Assembly (NCBI RefSeq): GCF_006345805.1
Contig: NC_043006.1
Span: 99,076,001 to 99,140,000 of the forward strand
Reading direction: 5' to 3'
Length of the DNA: 64,000 bases
Origin: Octopus sinensis
Lineage: Eukaryota
Shown: piece by piece, positions 1 to 15,523 of the stretch
Position numbering within the stretch: the first letter of the stretch is position 1
How the letters are laid out: each line of letters begins with the position of its first letter
The notes under the pieces: model-generated
Database searches by the model: none
Told to the model about the DNA's origin: nothing
The model's input: the letters and a program-made list of their open reading frames with translations, nothing else
Translations under genes and position numbers: made by a program

Positions 1-553
1 GGTACATCCTACATAGTTGTGATCTGATGGAATTCCTTGGCTTTTCAACAATTTCAATGTTGAGTTTGGTCTCCATCGCTTTCAGCCCATGTGTCTGTGA
101 TAAATGAGGTAGCTTCAGAGTCATTTGACTTCTTCTTCTAGCATCTGGCATTATTATGTAGTTTGCCCTTTTAAGTTTTTATTAAAAAAATACATACTCA
201 GTATTTATTAATTCCTAGAAGATTTTATATGCTAGCTACCTTCTTCAATCGTGTATAGATTTTCTCGTTGATTATAATAACAATAATTATATATATTATA
301 ATAAAGGGTAAAAATCATTATTGATTTTGTCAGGGGGTGAGCGCGGAAAATAAAGACCTTATAGGCAAATTTTACAAATATTTTGATAATTATATACATA
401 GCTATAACAAGGGATTGGCTATAAGCCTCTCCACGTGTTAGAAAAATAGACGCCGAAAGAGGCTATTACCATCTTATTATAATTATGTATGAACCTAAAA
501 GTAGAACATAATAATATATATTGTGCTTATTAAATCCCCCACACTCACAAACG

Positions 554-630
<77 letters not shown>

Positions 631-966
631 TATATATTATATATATATATATACACATTAGCGATTCCCTGAATCATACATAATTTTCTATGACGAATAC
701 ATATATACCGATTGTGACTGTCGCCTGGAATCAGCCGAGCCAAACCGTCCCTGCTAATGAGGATCTGGTAAAAGCCGAATGTGGCCAATCAGTGTAGGGG
801 ATTCTAGACTGGTGCTTTCGGGCGATTACGGTCCCAGTCTGCATATATGTATTCAGTTATGTATACAGTTATGTGCAGTTTCGCATATTTACTGAGCATT
901 ATAGTTTTCGTTTTTGCTAACATATTACACACTGCTGTCTATATTAATTACTTATGTATATATATA

Positions 967-1359
967 CTAGCAGTATCGCCCGGTGTTGCTCGGGTTTGTA
1001 AGGGGAATAACTAACTAAGCATTTTTAGAGATGTAAAGTATAATAGCCATCTCAATATGGCTAACCACAAAGGGGGGGGGGTACTGTAGCTTTTTACGTT
1101 CTGAGATTTAATAATAAATTTTTAGAAAGTTACTTCCCTTATATATGCCAAAAATACATTAAAAATGGAAAAAATTGGTAATTTCTTTTTTACAATCGTA
1201 GACTCATCGTAGACGCGCGCTAATACCCAGAAGGGTTCGATATGAATCACGACTATAAGATACTCGGTTTTGGTTAAACAGCACCGCAAAATGTGGGAGT
1301 AGTTAGGAATCTAAATCGTAGGAGACAGACACCACACAACCTCACTTTTATATATAAAG

Positions 1360-1360
<1 letters not shown>
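967..1360 (-). mobile_element. Non-autonomous Helitron, family A (long variant)
   Basis: On the minus strand it starts TCTTTATATATAAAAG and ends with hairpin CCCGAGCAACACCGGG followed by CTAG. It sits between A and T, and three homologous copies occur in the window. Confidence 0.85.
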
Positions 1361-1407
<47 letters not shown>

Positions 1408-2410
1408 ATATGTGTATGCGTGTGTGTGTGCGTGTGCGTAGATATGTAGATAGATAGATAGTTTTAAGATAAACTGCATAAACAATTTTAGAAAATAAAC
1501 AATTATTTCGTCGTACTCACGGAATTACTGGTGCATTACAAGTATTTTGCCATTTTAGTAGTCACTGAATTTCCAGAAAGATTTTAAACTCTGGCAAATA
1601 CACTCACTCACTAATCTTGTTCTGTATATAGATATTTTCTGCTTACAAATTATTTACAATACTATATACTATTAACAGCGCTGCTATAAAAATACAGATA
1701 ATAATCCACGAGCCATGTTAGCAATATAATGAAACATCCGCATTGTAAATCTTATAGCCGAAAATCGCATCATAGAGATAGTGCCAAACAATATGAGACG
1801 TGATGGACAATTATTTCTATATCAGCAACAGCAAATATACATTGTATGTGAAGTCAGCAATACTCACATACCATAGTTCTCCGAGCTGTTAAACTCAACA
1901 GAATGAAACAGTCTTTCGCTCCATTCAGTCCATCTTGCTTCTGAAAATAGGTAAACATGCAGAGAAGATCGATTTTAAGCTATCTAAATTTTAGGTCGAT
2001 TAGTGGAGAAAGAAATGCCAAAAAGATAATGTACCAAAAATAAGAAGACAGCTGTTTATATATGACGGCGATAACAAGAGCAACAACATGAACAGTCAAT
2101 GGCATTCATCGTAACTAGAAAACAGAATCAACATCTACGTTGACATCGGTGAGGTATTTCATAGAGAATATTCACTGAGGATATTCATAACCAGATTCGA
2201 CACAAAAGCAAGCGCAGGTTGTTCTCCAAGCACCTCCGCAAACTTGTGCAAATTTCTCCATCGTGCTCGTACATACACATCGCAACCCATACATATATAA
2301 GAAAATATACGCTCGTATAAAATTGGACACATTCACAACACACAAAAATCTGTGTATGTACACTCACGTGCAAAGTAGCACACACCTTATAGGTTGACAA
2401 ATGTTCTTTT

Positions 2411-2570
2411 CTACCCTAGGTACAAGGCCCGAAATTTCTGGGTGGCGGCCAATCGATTGCATCGACCCCAGTATGCAACTGGTACTTAATTTATCGATTC
2501 CGAAATGATGACTGGCAAAGTCGACCTCAGCGGAATTTGTACTCAGAACGTAAAGGCAGACGAAATACGG
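2411..2570 (-). mobile_element. tRNA-derived SINE fragment (central and 3' part)
   Basis: GGTACTTAATTTATCGATTCCGAAATGATGACTGGCAAAGTCGACCTCAGCGGAATTTGTACTCAGAACGTAAAG is recognisable as an abundant SINE core. A diverged homolog lies at about 11175-11335. Confidence 0.6.
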
Positions 2571-4964
2571 CTATGTTCACAAAAATCAAAAACCATGCAC
2601 ATGGACATATGTGTGTGCGCATCTTTGTGTGTGTGTTTGTTTATGCGTAGAGGAGGTGATATTAGTGATGTTATTACTGCGGCTATTAATAGTTGTGTTT
2701 GTGGTAGGAGTGTTAGTAATAGTACTATTTTCACTAATGGTGATATTGCCGTTGGTGTCGGTATTAATATTATTGCTAGTACTACTAGTAGTTGAAGTAT
2801 ATGTAATATTAATTGTATTGGTTATAATATAATTAGTATTGTTAGTATCAGTGTGCCTAGTAGTCTTTGCTTAGGTTTCATGTTTGCGCCCTTTAGTGAG
2901 GACAATATTACGTACGTTTCAGTTGTTCAGCGAAAAAAACTGAAATGCCGATGGGTTTGCCACTACTCCCTCGGTCGTCAAATTCATACATACGTGCACA
3001 TCTGTGTGTGTATCTGCGTTTCTGCATTTTTGAACATCGCATGCTCAATACACTTGTGGAAACTTTTTGTCATGAAACATCTCCAGTTGTTTTGGCATAC
3101 GGTAACGCAAGAAGCTCTCTGTGTGTCTGTGTGGGCATGTGTGGGCGCGTGTGCATATCATGTGTGTGTATGGCAGTAACTGACTACGTGTGTAAGGGCG
3201 CGGGTGGTTTCGACTGTGTGTGTGGTATTAACTGTTTATATTTGAATGTGTGACTGATCTTTGTGTGTGTATCTGTGTTTGTGTGTGTGAGTATAACTGT
3301 GCATGTGTGCGTATATCTTCAGCTAGATTGTTTTAGTAATATACTAACGAGTTGGCGATTATATTCATGTATGATCATATTTGAACGCCTACGAATCATA
3401 TCCATGAGCATTGTGCTCGCTAAAACACTTTGCATAATCCATGCTTCCTCGATTTTATTGCCGTCGTTTTATTTCAGCATTTGGTTCCAGTTACCAACAA
3501 CTTACACCAGGCTTTACTAGACCCAGTTGTGTAAAATTCCTTTTTCGAATGTCACTTCAAATGATTTTATGCCAATCTTCAATGCTTCAAAAGATTGGAT
3601 AATTGCGATTTACACTTTCCTATCACACTTTGTGAATGTTTGCTTGAATTCCTGCCCATGTTTGCGAGTTTACATATTTTTCTATAATTCTTTTTAAATA
3701 TCTGTTGCTTTTATTACATTTGTGAAAAAGTGGCTGGAATACACGATATTAAGGATAGCGAAAGTTGATTCTATATATTGCAATTAGTTCGTGCACCATA
3801 AATTTTGCCAGTGAACCGCGATTAAAATCCTTCGTTCTTAGATATATATATTCATATATATTTATAAATGTGTGCTTGTGCTAAAGAGTCTGAATTTGTA
3901 TTTACGTACGTATGCCTCGTTCCAAGCATGTATGTATTTACAGCAGTTGAAAAAGAAAAAAATGAAAGGAAAATAGATAAACATACAGGCAGTTACTCAA
4001 GAGAGTTTTATAATATATCTGATTTTATTTCGAATAATGTGATACATGTATGCCGTATTGTATGAACGTGATTTCTTGTTTGCATAACCTATTATCTATA
4101 ACAAATAATGAACTTGCGTTATCATATGTCAAAACATATGAAGATGTTTCAGTTTTAAAGTTTCAAAGTGTAGATCAACTCCGTTCTTCATATATGCGGA
4201 GGATCTCTGACATGAGTATTGGATATGCGATATTCAAAAACGTAGGTTCACTACACACAGCAATTCTAGCCACCGCATCCGTGTGGGTACTGTTAAGTTC
4301 ATGGCGTAGATAGATAGATAGATTGTTTATTGTCTACACCACCTGTTTTCGTAATTTTTTTTGTGAATGCTCCACCCAGACACACACACATACACTCATA
4401 TATATGCATGTGTGCGCGCGTGGTTAGTGGAGAAAGAGAAAGAGAAAGGAGGGAGAAATGAAATAGAAAGATACATACACTATTCAAAGACACACACAAC
4501 AGTGTTCGGCAGGTGGCTACACACTATTGCGATCAGCTTGCCCCAAAGCTACAAGCAGTTTCAGTTGATACGTTTTGAAACTTTTGTTTCATTTCTCAAG
4601 ATAATATATTGCGCTAGCTTGGGAATTCTATGAGAATAACCGACTATACGTTTCTGTACGCGACGATATTTTAGCTGATATATTTGCCAATGATACAATA
4701 TATTCGCAAAAAGACAGATTGATCACACACGCACGTACTTACGTACTTACATATATTTATAACATATAATCAGTCACATTCACTAAGAGAGCTTATTTCT
4801 TCGAGAGAAATAATTCACCTAAATGTTTTAATAAATTGCTAGATATGTTCTTTTTTATGTTATTCTGTGTGATGTACTATAATATATGTAAGAATATATA
4901 TATTTGTAATATAATCTAATATTTGATCACACATGTGTGTGTGTGCATATATTCATTATATATA

Positions 4965-5012
<48 letters not shown>

Positions 5013-5064
5013 GGTATATGCAAATGTATATATGTACACACACATATATGTGTTTGTGTGTATC

Positions 5065-5095
<31 letters not shown>

Positions 5096-6334
5096 GTGTG
5101 TGTGTGTGTGAGTGTGTGTGTGTTTGTGCAAAATATCTATGTTGTACTTGCCATTTTGTCTATGTAAGTTGTTTGATTTGGGTAAAAACAATGAGAAGAA
5201 CAACATTGAAATAAACACACTAAGTTATCTCGCAAAAATAGGAAAAGCATTAGATCCTGCGGGTTATATTATATGAAACAAAATTAGATATACATACATC
5301 GGTTGGTGGTAAGATTCAACAATAGCTACAAGGGTAATTTTTGTGATTTGTGAATTGCATCCAATAAAATGTTTACAAAAAATGTATCAAAACAATGAAA
5401 ACTGAAAGGCAAAATATAAATTTATTGATAAATAGTTTAAGTATAACATGCGTATACACAGTGTGTTTTTCTATAGTTTATATATTGATAGATTTATACT
5501 TGATAAACTGTGTGTTTTTATATATATATATATATATACTTATACTTACACTCTGCGTAGTTGTATGATTTTCGAAATTTTGAAATTCCTTTAAGCTATG
5601 ATACGACTTTGCAGTTCTGTATAGATATTTTTTGTTGAATGCTCTGTTGTTAACGTTTTCTTTTTTTCATTCTTTCATAGTTTTGTAATGTCAGTGGATG
5701 AGAGATAATGGTAGTAGAGAAGTGAAGTAACGGAAATATACATTTATGTAGTTGAAAGTTTAAATAATGCAAATATCAAAGAAAGTAAGAAATGCTTTGA
5801 AATGTCATCAATCATTTTATCTTTTTAATGTTAGCGTTCTAAACAGGCATATAAATGAAGAGAGACAACAAAAGACAGTTAGAAACAAACGAAAACGTAA
5901 GTAACTAAGCAGGAAAGAGCAAAATTATAAAAGTTAAAGAAGGCTATATATCAGTTTTAATAGCGACAAATTATTCATAACAAGGTCATTTTAAACATAA
6001 AAGGCATAAAACCCACTGCTATAAGACTGAATAAAACAACTTACTATTCTATAATTATTTCTGTTAAAGCTATTTATTTAAAAGTTATATCTCTAAGGTG
6101 TACTAAATTTTTATCAGAACATCTGAAATTTTAACACTTTAAGAATCAGCTAAGTTTCGACTTCATTCATTGTATAGTTTAGAAAATATATATTTGCATT
6201 AAATTTTTTTATTTTTATTTTATATTTCTCCTTTGGAAACTAAAGATAAGAGCTATTAGGAACCATAGGTTTAAATATTGATAAAAAGTGTAATATATAA
6301 ACGTATAAAATCTTACACAGTAACATACATGTAA

Positions 6335-6400
<66 letters not shown>

Positions 6401-7199
6401 ATATATAATAGTTTAGATATACACAGATTCACACTACACACTGCGTCAAACACTCTACACATAATTATAGACGTATATGGGCAGTATATTTATAGTGACA
6501 TGTATATACATATTCGCGTATGTATACGTGGATGAATGTGTCCTTATGCGCGTGCGCGCGTGTGTGATGTGTTAGAGGGTGAAAGCGAATGTATGTGTAG
6601 CAACGCAATAAAATATCCCTACATATATTTTGCAGACAATATAGAAGATATTTAATGGTGAATTAACACATCTCCAAACTCTCAAAATTGTATACACACG
6701 TATACACTCGCATAATCACAGACACTCCCACATAACCAAGATTTTTAAATATGTACTTTTCGTGACGGGTGTATCAAGACTTATTGCATTTAAACGGTTT
6801 CTTGTTCTAAACCTCGCTAGTCTTTTGTTAACTTGGAAATTTTAAATTTGTTATCAGTTTTCGAGCATCTATTCACCGGGTTACCCGTTTGGAAATAAAT
6901 GAAAAGAGGCGAGATATATAATTGTCTTCGAGGAAAACCAATTAATGTGTCTTGTAGTCTAGCGTTTCTTCATTTTCTAGAAATTTAGATTTTTGATTCG
7001 TTTGCCTCGTGATATGAAGCTCACTAAAGAAATGTTGTGAGATAAAATATATACTCCTGAGTAGAGTAACTTAAAAACTTAGTATTTAATGGAGAAAACG
7101 GGAACATTCGGTATTTGAAATCTTTCAGCTAAAGAATGGGTGTACATAGTTGCAGTTTCTGGATACAAAAATATGCTTAGGATTTATATGTATGTAACA

Positions 7200-7840
7200 T
7201 GCCTGACCCTTTTAGTTTTCACCTATATCAGGTACGGAAGTAAAAGCTTTCCCTGCTCTAAGGCTTAATTAATACGGTATCGTTCTCAGAATTATTTATC
7301 TGCAATCACTGTAATTAGTCTTGTCTTGTATAACTAATCTTCTGTATAATACGCCTATCGGACTGCTTGCTCAGGTTCGTGTGACTCTGTTGTACATCAT
7401 ATTCGGTAGATCAAAGGGATTGCCGTATATACCGTCTCAAATCTGCTGGATATGAGTGTTGGCTTGTCTTTCCATGCCAGATCTCCCTAATGTTGACTCC
7501 CACAAAAGGAATTTCACTAACAATTTCATCGAAAACTCTCCAGCAATGCCCTGCAAATCTAACTCTACGCTTTTTGATGATGTCTGATACTAGACAAACT
7601 TCCCTTATAATTGCTCTGTAGTCAGCCGATCTCCCCAAGTGATATTCAAAGCCATTCTTACCATGCACGAATCGAACAATCTAAATAATGTCTTGCAATG
7701 CTGACAAATCTGTAAAAGAATTTTCCAATCTGATAGAAAAATCATAAAACGCGAAATCGATGCTAACAGACGTACTTGTGGAACAGCAGAGCAGTTCTTA
7801 GACAGCAAATACAAAGGGAAACAGCTCCCTCTTATCACTG
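7200..7840 (-). mobile_element. RTE-like LINE 3' fragment (degenerate)
   Basis: Minus-strand frames give DSCMVRMALNITWGDRLTTEQL and VSDIIKKRRVRFAGHCWR, typical of the RTE-clade ORF2 C-terminus. Confidence 0.75.
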
Positions 7841-9250
7841 GAAATATGAAGGAATAGGTTAATTAAATATAAATATTGCTTAATTGCTTCTGGTGCAGCA
7901 GAGGTTATCTCTTAAAAGAAGTCCTAAATATTCCGTCACCGCTATATTTTCGTCCTGTTGCCCAGTAACAATGGCAGAGATGTAGTCAAAAATTTCTAGA
8001 GGTTCGAGCAATTCTCATCTTATAGAAACATGAATGAATACCATTTAATGGCGAATATAAGCTTCTAAATGATGACCGCGCTTCTGCCTTGGTAGGATAC
8101 AGGATGTTTATGTACAACGGATTATAAGATAATCTGCCCAAACTATATGTGGGTGATTGAGTGTGTGTGTGTGTGTGGGTGTGCGGTCGTGTTTACGACC
8201 GAAACTACTCAGTATATTTTAGTTAAGTTAAACAAATCTCAGAGTCGTTTCATTTCGCTGCATCGTATATAAATTTCGTTGTCTTAGGACACGTCCATCT
8301 TACACAATGTCTAGAGTCACAGTGGTTAGAAATTTTACAAAATAAAAATATCTCCTAGATATATCTGTCGCAAATTCACGGTTATATTGGTGTTTTGCTA
8401 TCTTAATGATATCGATTATTTTATTGTTACGTCTACGTGGTGCAGACACTTTGCTGTTACGATTCGACAGCATTACGTAGGATTATATAATGACGGATAG
8501 TTGAAATTTACTGAGGAAAACGAACGCAATATGCTGCCGTCAGACAGTCAACTAGTTATTATTATGAAGGATATGACAATATAACGACAACAGTTATCCT
8601 TCGGCAGAAACATAATTTATAGCGTTAGGTTGCAAATGAATGTATATCACAGATGTTGGCTGTTATCTCTACGAGCAGCAGAAATTCAATACATAGCCAT
8701 ACTTATCAGCAGCGTGAGTCTCGAATTTCATTTTCAGTATATATCTGTAATGGTAAGAAAAAGATAGGATATTGTCCCTAATAATGAATACTGCAAACTG
8801 TCGGATTATGTGCAGTGTCTAAGGGAAATTGCATATGTTTAAGGAGGGTTGAAGTCATGGGAATGTACTTTTGATGTTCCTTAAATGTCAAGAGGAGGTG
8901 CTGGAGAGGGAGTTTCATGGTTCCCTCTCCTTACGGTTAATACGGTAAACGCGTATTTTCTCTCTTAAATTTTTTACTATCTTGCGAGAGTTGTTTCTAC
9001 TTACATCAGGTACGAAATTAGAAGCGTCCCCTGTTGCAAGTCATAATATTCATAATGCGGTAGTGATAGGATTTCCACCACCACAGTTCCAGGGGTAAAC
9101 TAGCAACGCCATAGATACATGTTTGTACCTCTTGAGTATATAAACACTCACACACGGACATGCAGAATGACATATATATATATATAAGCACATACACACA
9201 TAAATCATACACGCACATACATATATAGATAAATAAATAGACAGATAGAT

Positions 9251-9322
<72 letters not shown>

Positions 9323-9369
9323 GTATGCATAGAGAAATATATCAGTTAAATATACAGATATATTTTTCG

Positions 9370-9408
<39 letters not shown>

Positions 9409-9503
9409 GTGTGTGTGTGTGTGTTTGTATACATGTACACATGTTTACGATATTGTTATACTCTAATTATAAACGTACATGTATATATATATATAATATA
9501 TAT

Positions 9504-9536
<33 letters not shown>

Positions 9537-10804
9537 CTTACGCTCTCGAATTTTTTCCTAGTCATACGTAGTGCTAAAAACTGAACAATTGCAATGAATT
9601 TGTAAGGACTTTGAATGTAACACTAATTTGCAATGTTCTTCGCAAATGAGATTTTCCTCTACTACTTATCACTGGAAATTCTTTTGAGGAGTATATATAT
9701 ATATATATATTTATACAATTTTCAATTCCTGTGTTTTCAATAAAAAAAGTGTTTAGGCAATGATTTGTCAATTTTATATCTTTAGAACTAAAGTTATGTT
9801 TTTATTGTTTGTACATTAATCTCAAATACTTGCCGTTAAGTCGTCGTATGCTAGAGGCAATATTTGTCAAAACTCTGCGTGATACATCTAAAGAAAGTAA
9901 CTCAGCAATTTTACATTGATATTGTATTATTGGTGCTACACAAATTTTCAAATATACATATGTAGCTGAATTACTTTGCGTTTTTTTTTTATCACACAGA
10001 GGAATTTCTGACTCTTTACATTGCCTTCATAAACGAAGGAAAACGGTGTACGATATCCTCAGACGACATCTTTAATCTGTATGTTTACAAAAGCCTTCGT
10101 TAAATAACATCATTAAAGAAGCGACGTTTTTTTTTCAAAGATAGAAAGTTTCCATACGAGAGAGACCACCGTTAAAATTTCACTCACGAGAATTTGTTCC
10201 ACAAATAAACATGACTGAAGTTACTAGCCCACAGTTCCTCATATCTGACCGAGCGCTAATCCGCGTTAAAGCCAAAGGGACATCTTAAACATGCATACAA
10301 ATTGCGTGGAAATAGTTGTTGATATCTTAAAAATTCTTAAAACATGGCATGTGTTCTTAACTGCAAAATCTACCATTAATGGCAAAAGCAGCAGGTTCTA
10401 TACTAAAAGAAAATCACCACCTTTTCTTTCCGACTCTCAAACCGACGTCCATTCAGAATTTTCCATATTTCCTTGTAAACGGGGATTTACGAACCATATT
10501 ACTGTATTCCTGTAGATCAATATGTAAATCCAAATGCTCTGTAACTTAACTAAATATTTCAAAATTACAAGAGCCTGGGCCGTGGCCACTCCGATGAAGT
10601 GTTGCCACATGTAAATGGACAATATATATGATTGAAACTATCCATCATTTAACATTCAGTTATGTTTAGTTTTCATGCAGTATATCACGGACAACGCTAT
10701 AACAAACAACTTTTCTTCTTAAAATTGTAAAATGGGGTTCTTGAAAATTTAAGAGATATTGCAAGCTTTCCAGACATTCCAATTCTGTATGATCTGCGCT
10801 ATTT

Positions 10805-11150
10805 TTTATTTTTATTTATTTTTTTATTTTATCTAGTTTCAGTTCACGAGCTGTTGCCATGCTGGGGAACCTCCATTCGGTGTTGCTATATGATTTTACT
10901 TCACGAATGCTTTTTAGCAATTGACATTTGGTGCATGAGAGAGTTCGATGCAGCTGCCCTCATCTGAACCTCCTGCCGTGAAGTTGGTTCATCTGGGACA
11001 CCTGACAGGAAGACATCTGCATCCACCCTGTGCAGGTCTCTCAGGTCTTTCGGGAGGATATTGAAGAGCTGTGGACCTCTGAAGCCCAGGCTATCACAGT
11101 ATCTTGTCCCACACCTTGATGGCAAATTTGGACCAGGAATTTCGGGGTAG
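10805..11150 (-). mobile_element. CR1-like LINE 3' end with A-rich tail
   Basis: ORF 10901-11125 (GFRGPQLFNILPKDLRDL...VPDEPT...RAAASNSLMHQ) matches the CR1-type ORF2 C-terminus. It is followed by a 3' UTR ending CTGAAACTAGAT and a (TAAAA)n-like tail. Confidence 0.8.
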
Positions 11151-11174
11151 GGTGTAAGTCAAGTATATAGACGC

Positions 11175-11335
11175 CTGCGTTCAGCCGGTACTTTGTTTTA
11201 TCGATCCCGAAAGCATTAAAGGAAAATGTGTAATCGACGAAATTTGAGTTATAACGTAAAGGCAGATGATATGCCGCTAGGCTTTTCCTCGGCGCAGTAA
11301 CGATTCGACAAACTCGACACTTTATCTACAAATAT
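11175..11335 (-). mobile_element. Diverged tRNA-SINE fragment
   Basis: Alignable by eye to 2470-2570 (GGTACT..TTTATCGAT.CCGAAAG..T.AAAGG...AACGTAAAGGCAGA). Confidence 0.45.
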
Positions 11336-13729
11336 TGAAAACGTGAATATATGTATGTCAGGGCGGATATGTTAGTATAACAGAAAACCTTGAGAGCTGT
11401 GAGAAAATATAGATGTGTTGCTTTATATATGCAAATATATTTTACTATGAAAAGTGGTATCAATTTCCGCCGTGGTCAGCTTTGCCTTTCCTTATATTGC
11501 GCTCGAGAAAATAACTACCAGATGAATACTGGTCTGATGTAATTAAGGCCACTCCTTGAGCCATAATTTTTAAGCAATAAGAAATATTGTATTTTCATTT
11601 GTTATTTACTTAATGATTTGCGTTTGTTGTCACGAAAATATAAGCAACAACTTCGATCTCTTACACATTACCTTTTTTTAAACACTCTATCGTATAGAAT
11701 CCTTTTTTTCGTATATTCATATATCTATATTATAGTATCATTGTTTTTAGTAAATCTATATCGCAGAAGCTTATGTGCAATCGATTCCTTGCAGCATAAT
11801 TTTTAACATTTATTATTTGTTAATTTGCAAGAAATTCTATATTCCATTCCGGTAGGCATTTGGTCATACTCTTTACATAATCGCGAATGTGTCTCCGATT
11901 ATATACACATATAAGGTCACCATTATTCGATCTATATTTCTGTCTCTCATTAAGAATTTATCGTTTAAGGGATGCGGTATGAACCAAACAAAATATGAGC
12001 AATTTTGAAAAGATAATAAAACCAAAGCAGATAAGCAAATAAACCTACATTTATTGCTTCGTACGATATCATTTCCCGAAATCCATGTTATAATCACTTT
12101 CTATTGGCTCTATATACATCTCTATAATAAAATGTGCCATAAGACATAGTCACGCTCTATGTTTATGTTCCTTTGTTTTGCTATCGTAGAGATTAGAATT
12201 GTCCATGACAATCGAGAAATTATATCAGAAAATAGGGAATCGAAAGTATTACGGTAATGAATCTAGCTGGATAACAGATATGCCATTTCTTACATTAATG
12301 ATAAGGGAACACAATTCGTTTTATTCATAAATGATCATTCAAGAAGACAACGAAGCATTGAGTTTATCCATGTTATGGTAAAGCAAACACTTCAGCTCGC
12401 AAACAACTGAATAAAAATAAATACTAAACTTTCCAATCTTCATGAAAAAAAAAGAATTTGCAGCATTATACTAGAAAACATGAAAAAATAATATGATCTT
12501 ATCTCCCTTCCCTAACATATTGGAAAATTATGCAAAAAAATATAAAGAAAAAATCAGTCAAATACGATCAACAGGACATATAAACCACAATGTATGAAAA
12601 TATCCAAAATAAATCCCAAATTTATTCTCATAATAAAAAAAGGTTTTCGATCAGAAAAGCAGAATATGTGAAACTTCACGTTTCTGGAATGTATTGTAAG
12701 CAGTATAAAAGCAACAATTTCCGAATGATGGATATCTTCAACTTTGCTGTAGCATCCATTTCGCCGATGTTACGAATGAAAGAGCTACATAGCCCAATAT
12801 TCGAGGAGTCTGGACAACAAATAACTGTACAATAAAAGTCATTATGTCTAGAAGACATGAGATTGAACCATTGAAACTGAGAATAGACAATAACCAGCAT
12901 GAATACACGAACAAAGGCTCGTAGATGAAATTTGAAATCTTCGAAAAGGAGAAGAAAAAAACGCGGAACTGCAAGATCGTTTAAAACATCTGTAAAGAAC
13001 AATGTGAAAATGAGGAATTACTCTATCTACAAATATGGAAAGAAAGCAAGAACGAGTCCTCAAAAACGAAGAACAAGTTTAAAAGTGTACAGAGTGAAAA
13101 GTCCATTCATAAAGTTAAAAAGTAACAATGTATATAACACTCTACAACTTATTCTACCAATACCCGCTTACAGTCACAATTACCATAGATGGGACATTGA
13201 CGAAACCTAGACCAACCCTTAAAAACACCCTACCATGACTACCGCCCACTAATTACACAGATTGATTCGCAAACAGGGAAACTAGAAATGGGAATTGAAG
13301 GTATATTATTAATTGAAACAGAAACCTCAGAAACCTATGAAGTTGTATTTAGAGAAAGTCCAACAAATAGTTGGAAACCTGCCAGGGAGAATAAACACAA
13401 TAGAATACAGAGTAGTCCTTTTATACGACACCAGCAGCACCATAGGAAAGGAATAACTTCAGAGGGTTTAACAAACAGCATAATAATGAAATATGCTTAA
13501 GCTACGTAAACACGTTCAGAAATACGTGACCAGTACAGATGATTCTGATAAGATAAACTGGGATGCACGAAGTATTCCAGTCACGATAAACCAAAGCTAA
13601 ACAAACTCCCACAGAGAATCTTTACAAAACCTTACAGGAAAAATGTTTACAACAATCCTTATGTTTTTTTTCATCTTTACAAAAACATAGTAAAGGAGAA
13701 AGTGAACATGAAATTATCTGAAACACAAG

Positions 13730-13789
13730 ATTGATGTTCACCTTCAGTTCCACCAGGAGATCCTGGGGGAACTGAAGGTGAACATCAAT
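13730..13789. repeat. Near-perfect 60-bp palindrome
   Basis: ATTGATGTTCACCTTCAGTTCC-A-CCAGGA-GA-TCCTGG-G-GGAACTGAAGGTGAACATCAAT: 22 bp, one A/G mismatch, 6 bp, and a 2-nt centre. Confidence 0.95.
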
Positions 13790-13994
13790 AGAGAAATCAA
13801 AAAAGTGAGAACTGAAACTCTGGTGTAAGATTTGGAAAGAGTGCAGGCGTGCGAAGCCGAAAATGGCTGGTATATATAAGAGGTGTTATTTTTCATATGT
13901 GATATAATGGTGTTGCAAAAGTTGAAATTTATATCCTTTAAATTGTACCTAGATGTCATGCATATATCTATCTGCCTATCTATCTATCTATCTA

Positions 13995-14063
<69 letters not shown>

Positions 14064-14164
14064 GTCTATCTATGTGTTAAGGTTATGAGTTTATAACCCA
14101 AATGAAATCGGCTCTTTCTGCATGCATGTATATATATATGTGAGTATGCGTGTGTGTGTGTGTG

Positions 14165-14295
14165 TATACGACGGGTTTCTTTAAGTTTCCACTCACAAAT
14201 TTTTGGTAGGTACGAAAATCGTCAGCCTAAGGTGCCTTACAGTGAGACTGAACCCAGAACTATGTGGATGGAAGAACACTTCTTACCACATTAGT
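14165..14295 (-). mobile_element. Degenerate tRNA-SINE head (same family as 21238)
   Basis: Reverse complement aligns to the 5' head of the SINE at 21238-21410 (GTGAGACTGAACCCAGAACTATGTGG versus GTGGGACTGAACCCGGAACCATGTGG). Confidence 0.55.
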
Positions 14296-15330
14296 GTCTG
14301 CGCTTATATAAAGAGTTAGGTTTGTTTGAGATTCCTGACCGATCTATTTAATTTAGCTTGAGTATAAACTGGAAAGGCCCAAATGGATCTCTTTGGATAA
14401 AGAAAACCAGTTTTTATAAACCTTGGATATTTATATTTGTGGCAAAACGGTTACATAACGAATGGTGTCTGAATTATGATAGTTTTGTCAGGAGCAACTA
14501 GATTATTTTGTTGAAAGAAACATTTGATGACAAATTAAGGACAAATTTTAGGAGGATTTTTTATTCGTTTTTGTCTATTTATGTAAGTTTTTACAATTCA
14601 TTTTTAGTCCTCCATGACTGTAATATAAATTCAAATCATATAGATATTGGTGTTATTGCCTTAATTGTTACTTCTCAAGTGTTAGGCCATAGATTGCTGA
14701 ACCTACAAAAATTATCTGTGAGCTGAAAAGAGATGCAGGAGAGGAAAAAAATTAAGTTTCATTATTTCATTAGTGGAAGAAAGAAGAGTGGCTGGAAGAC
14801 AAAGAAATGAATAACGAGTCCTTGCAGATAGTTCCCTAAATAAACAATACAGAAACCTAGTTATCAGGAAAACTATCACAAGGACAACAACGATAGAACA
14901 AATCCTATAGATAGCATTGAAGGAAAAGATTATCAGCTTCGACTTGACAAACTTGCAAGGGATTAATTTTTTGGCAGAACAATCTGAGAGATAGATAGAT
15001 CACTTTGTCGATATACGTTAAACGATATTGCATATATGTTTAATGATAAATTCATGTTTCCATTAATCAGGCTTATATTGTTTTTCTAGTTGATGTATAT
15101 GTTTTAGGACCGATGCCTGATGTGTGTTTCACTTTTTTGTTACTTTCTATCAGCACTTTTTAACCTATGCTTTTCAAAGCTCTTTATTGACAGATTTTGG
15201 ACGTCCAGATGGAAAAGAATATACGAGAACTCGCTAAACCATTATAGTTATGCCTAGATATTTAGAAATTCCTTTCCATCGACAGAATGAATACACACAG
15301 AAGCACACAGACACGCACATACACACACAT

Positions 15331-15391
<61 letters not shown>

Positions 15392-15487
15392 TGTATGTAT
15401 GTATGCATATATATATGTATATATATATATATGCATGTATATATATATATATACCTGTATATATATATATTATATATATATATATAT

Positions 15488-15523
<36 letters not shown>

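Noticed and set aside
12430-13950. A-rich, coding-like region as a LINE ORF1 or host exon
   Set aside because: No recognisable domain motif in any frame; it needs a homology search.
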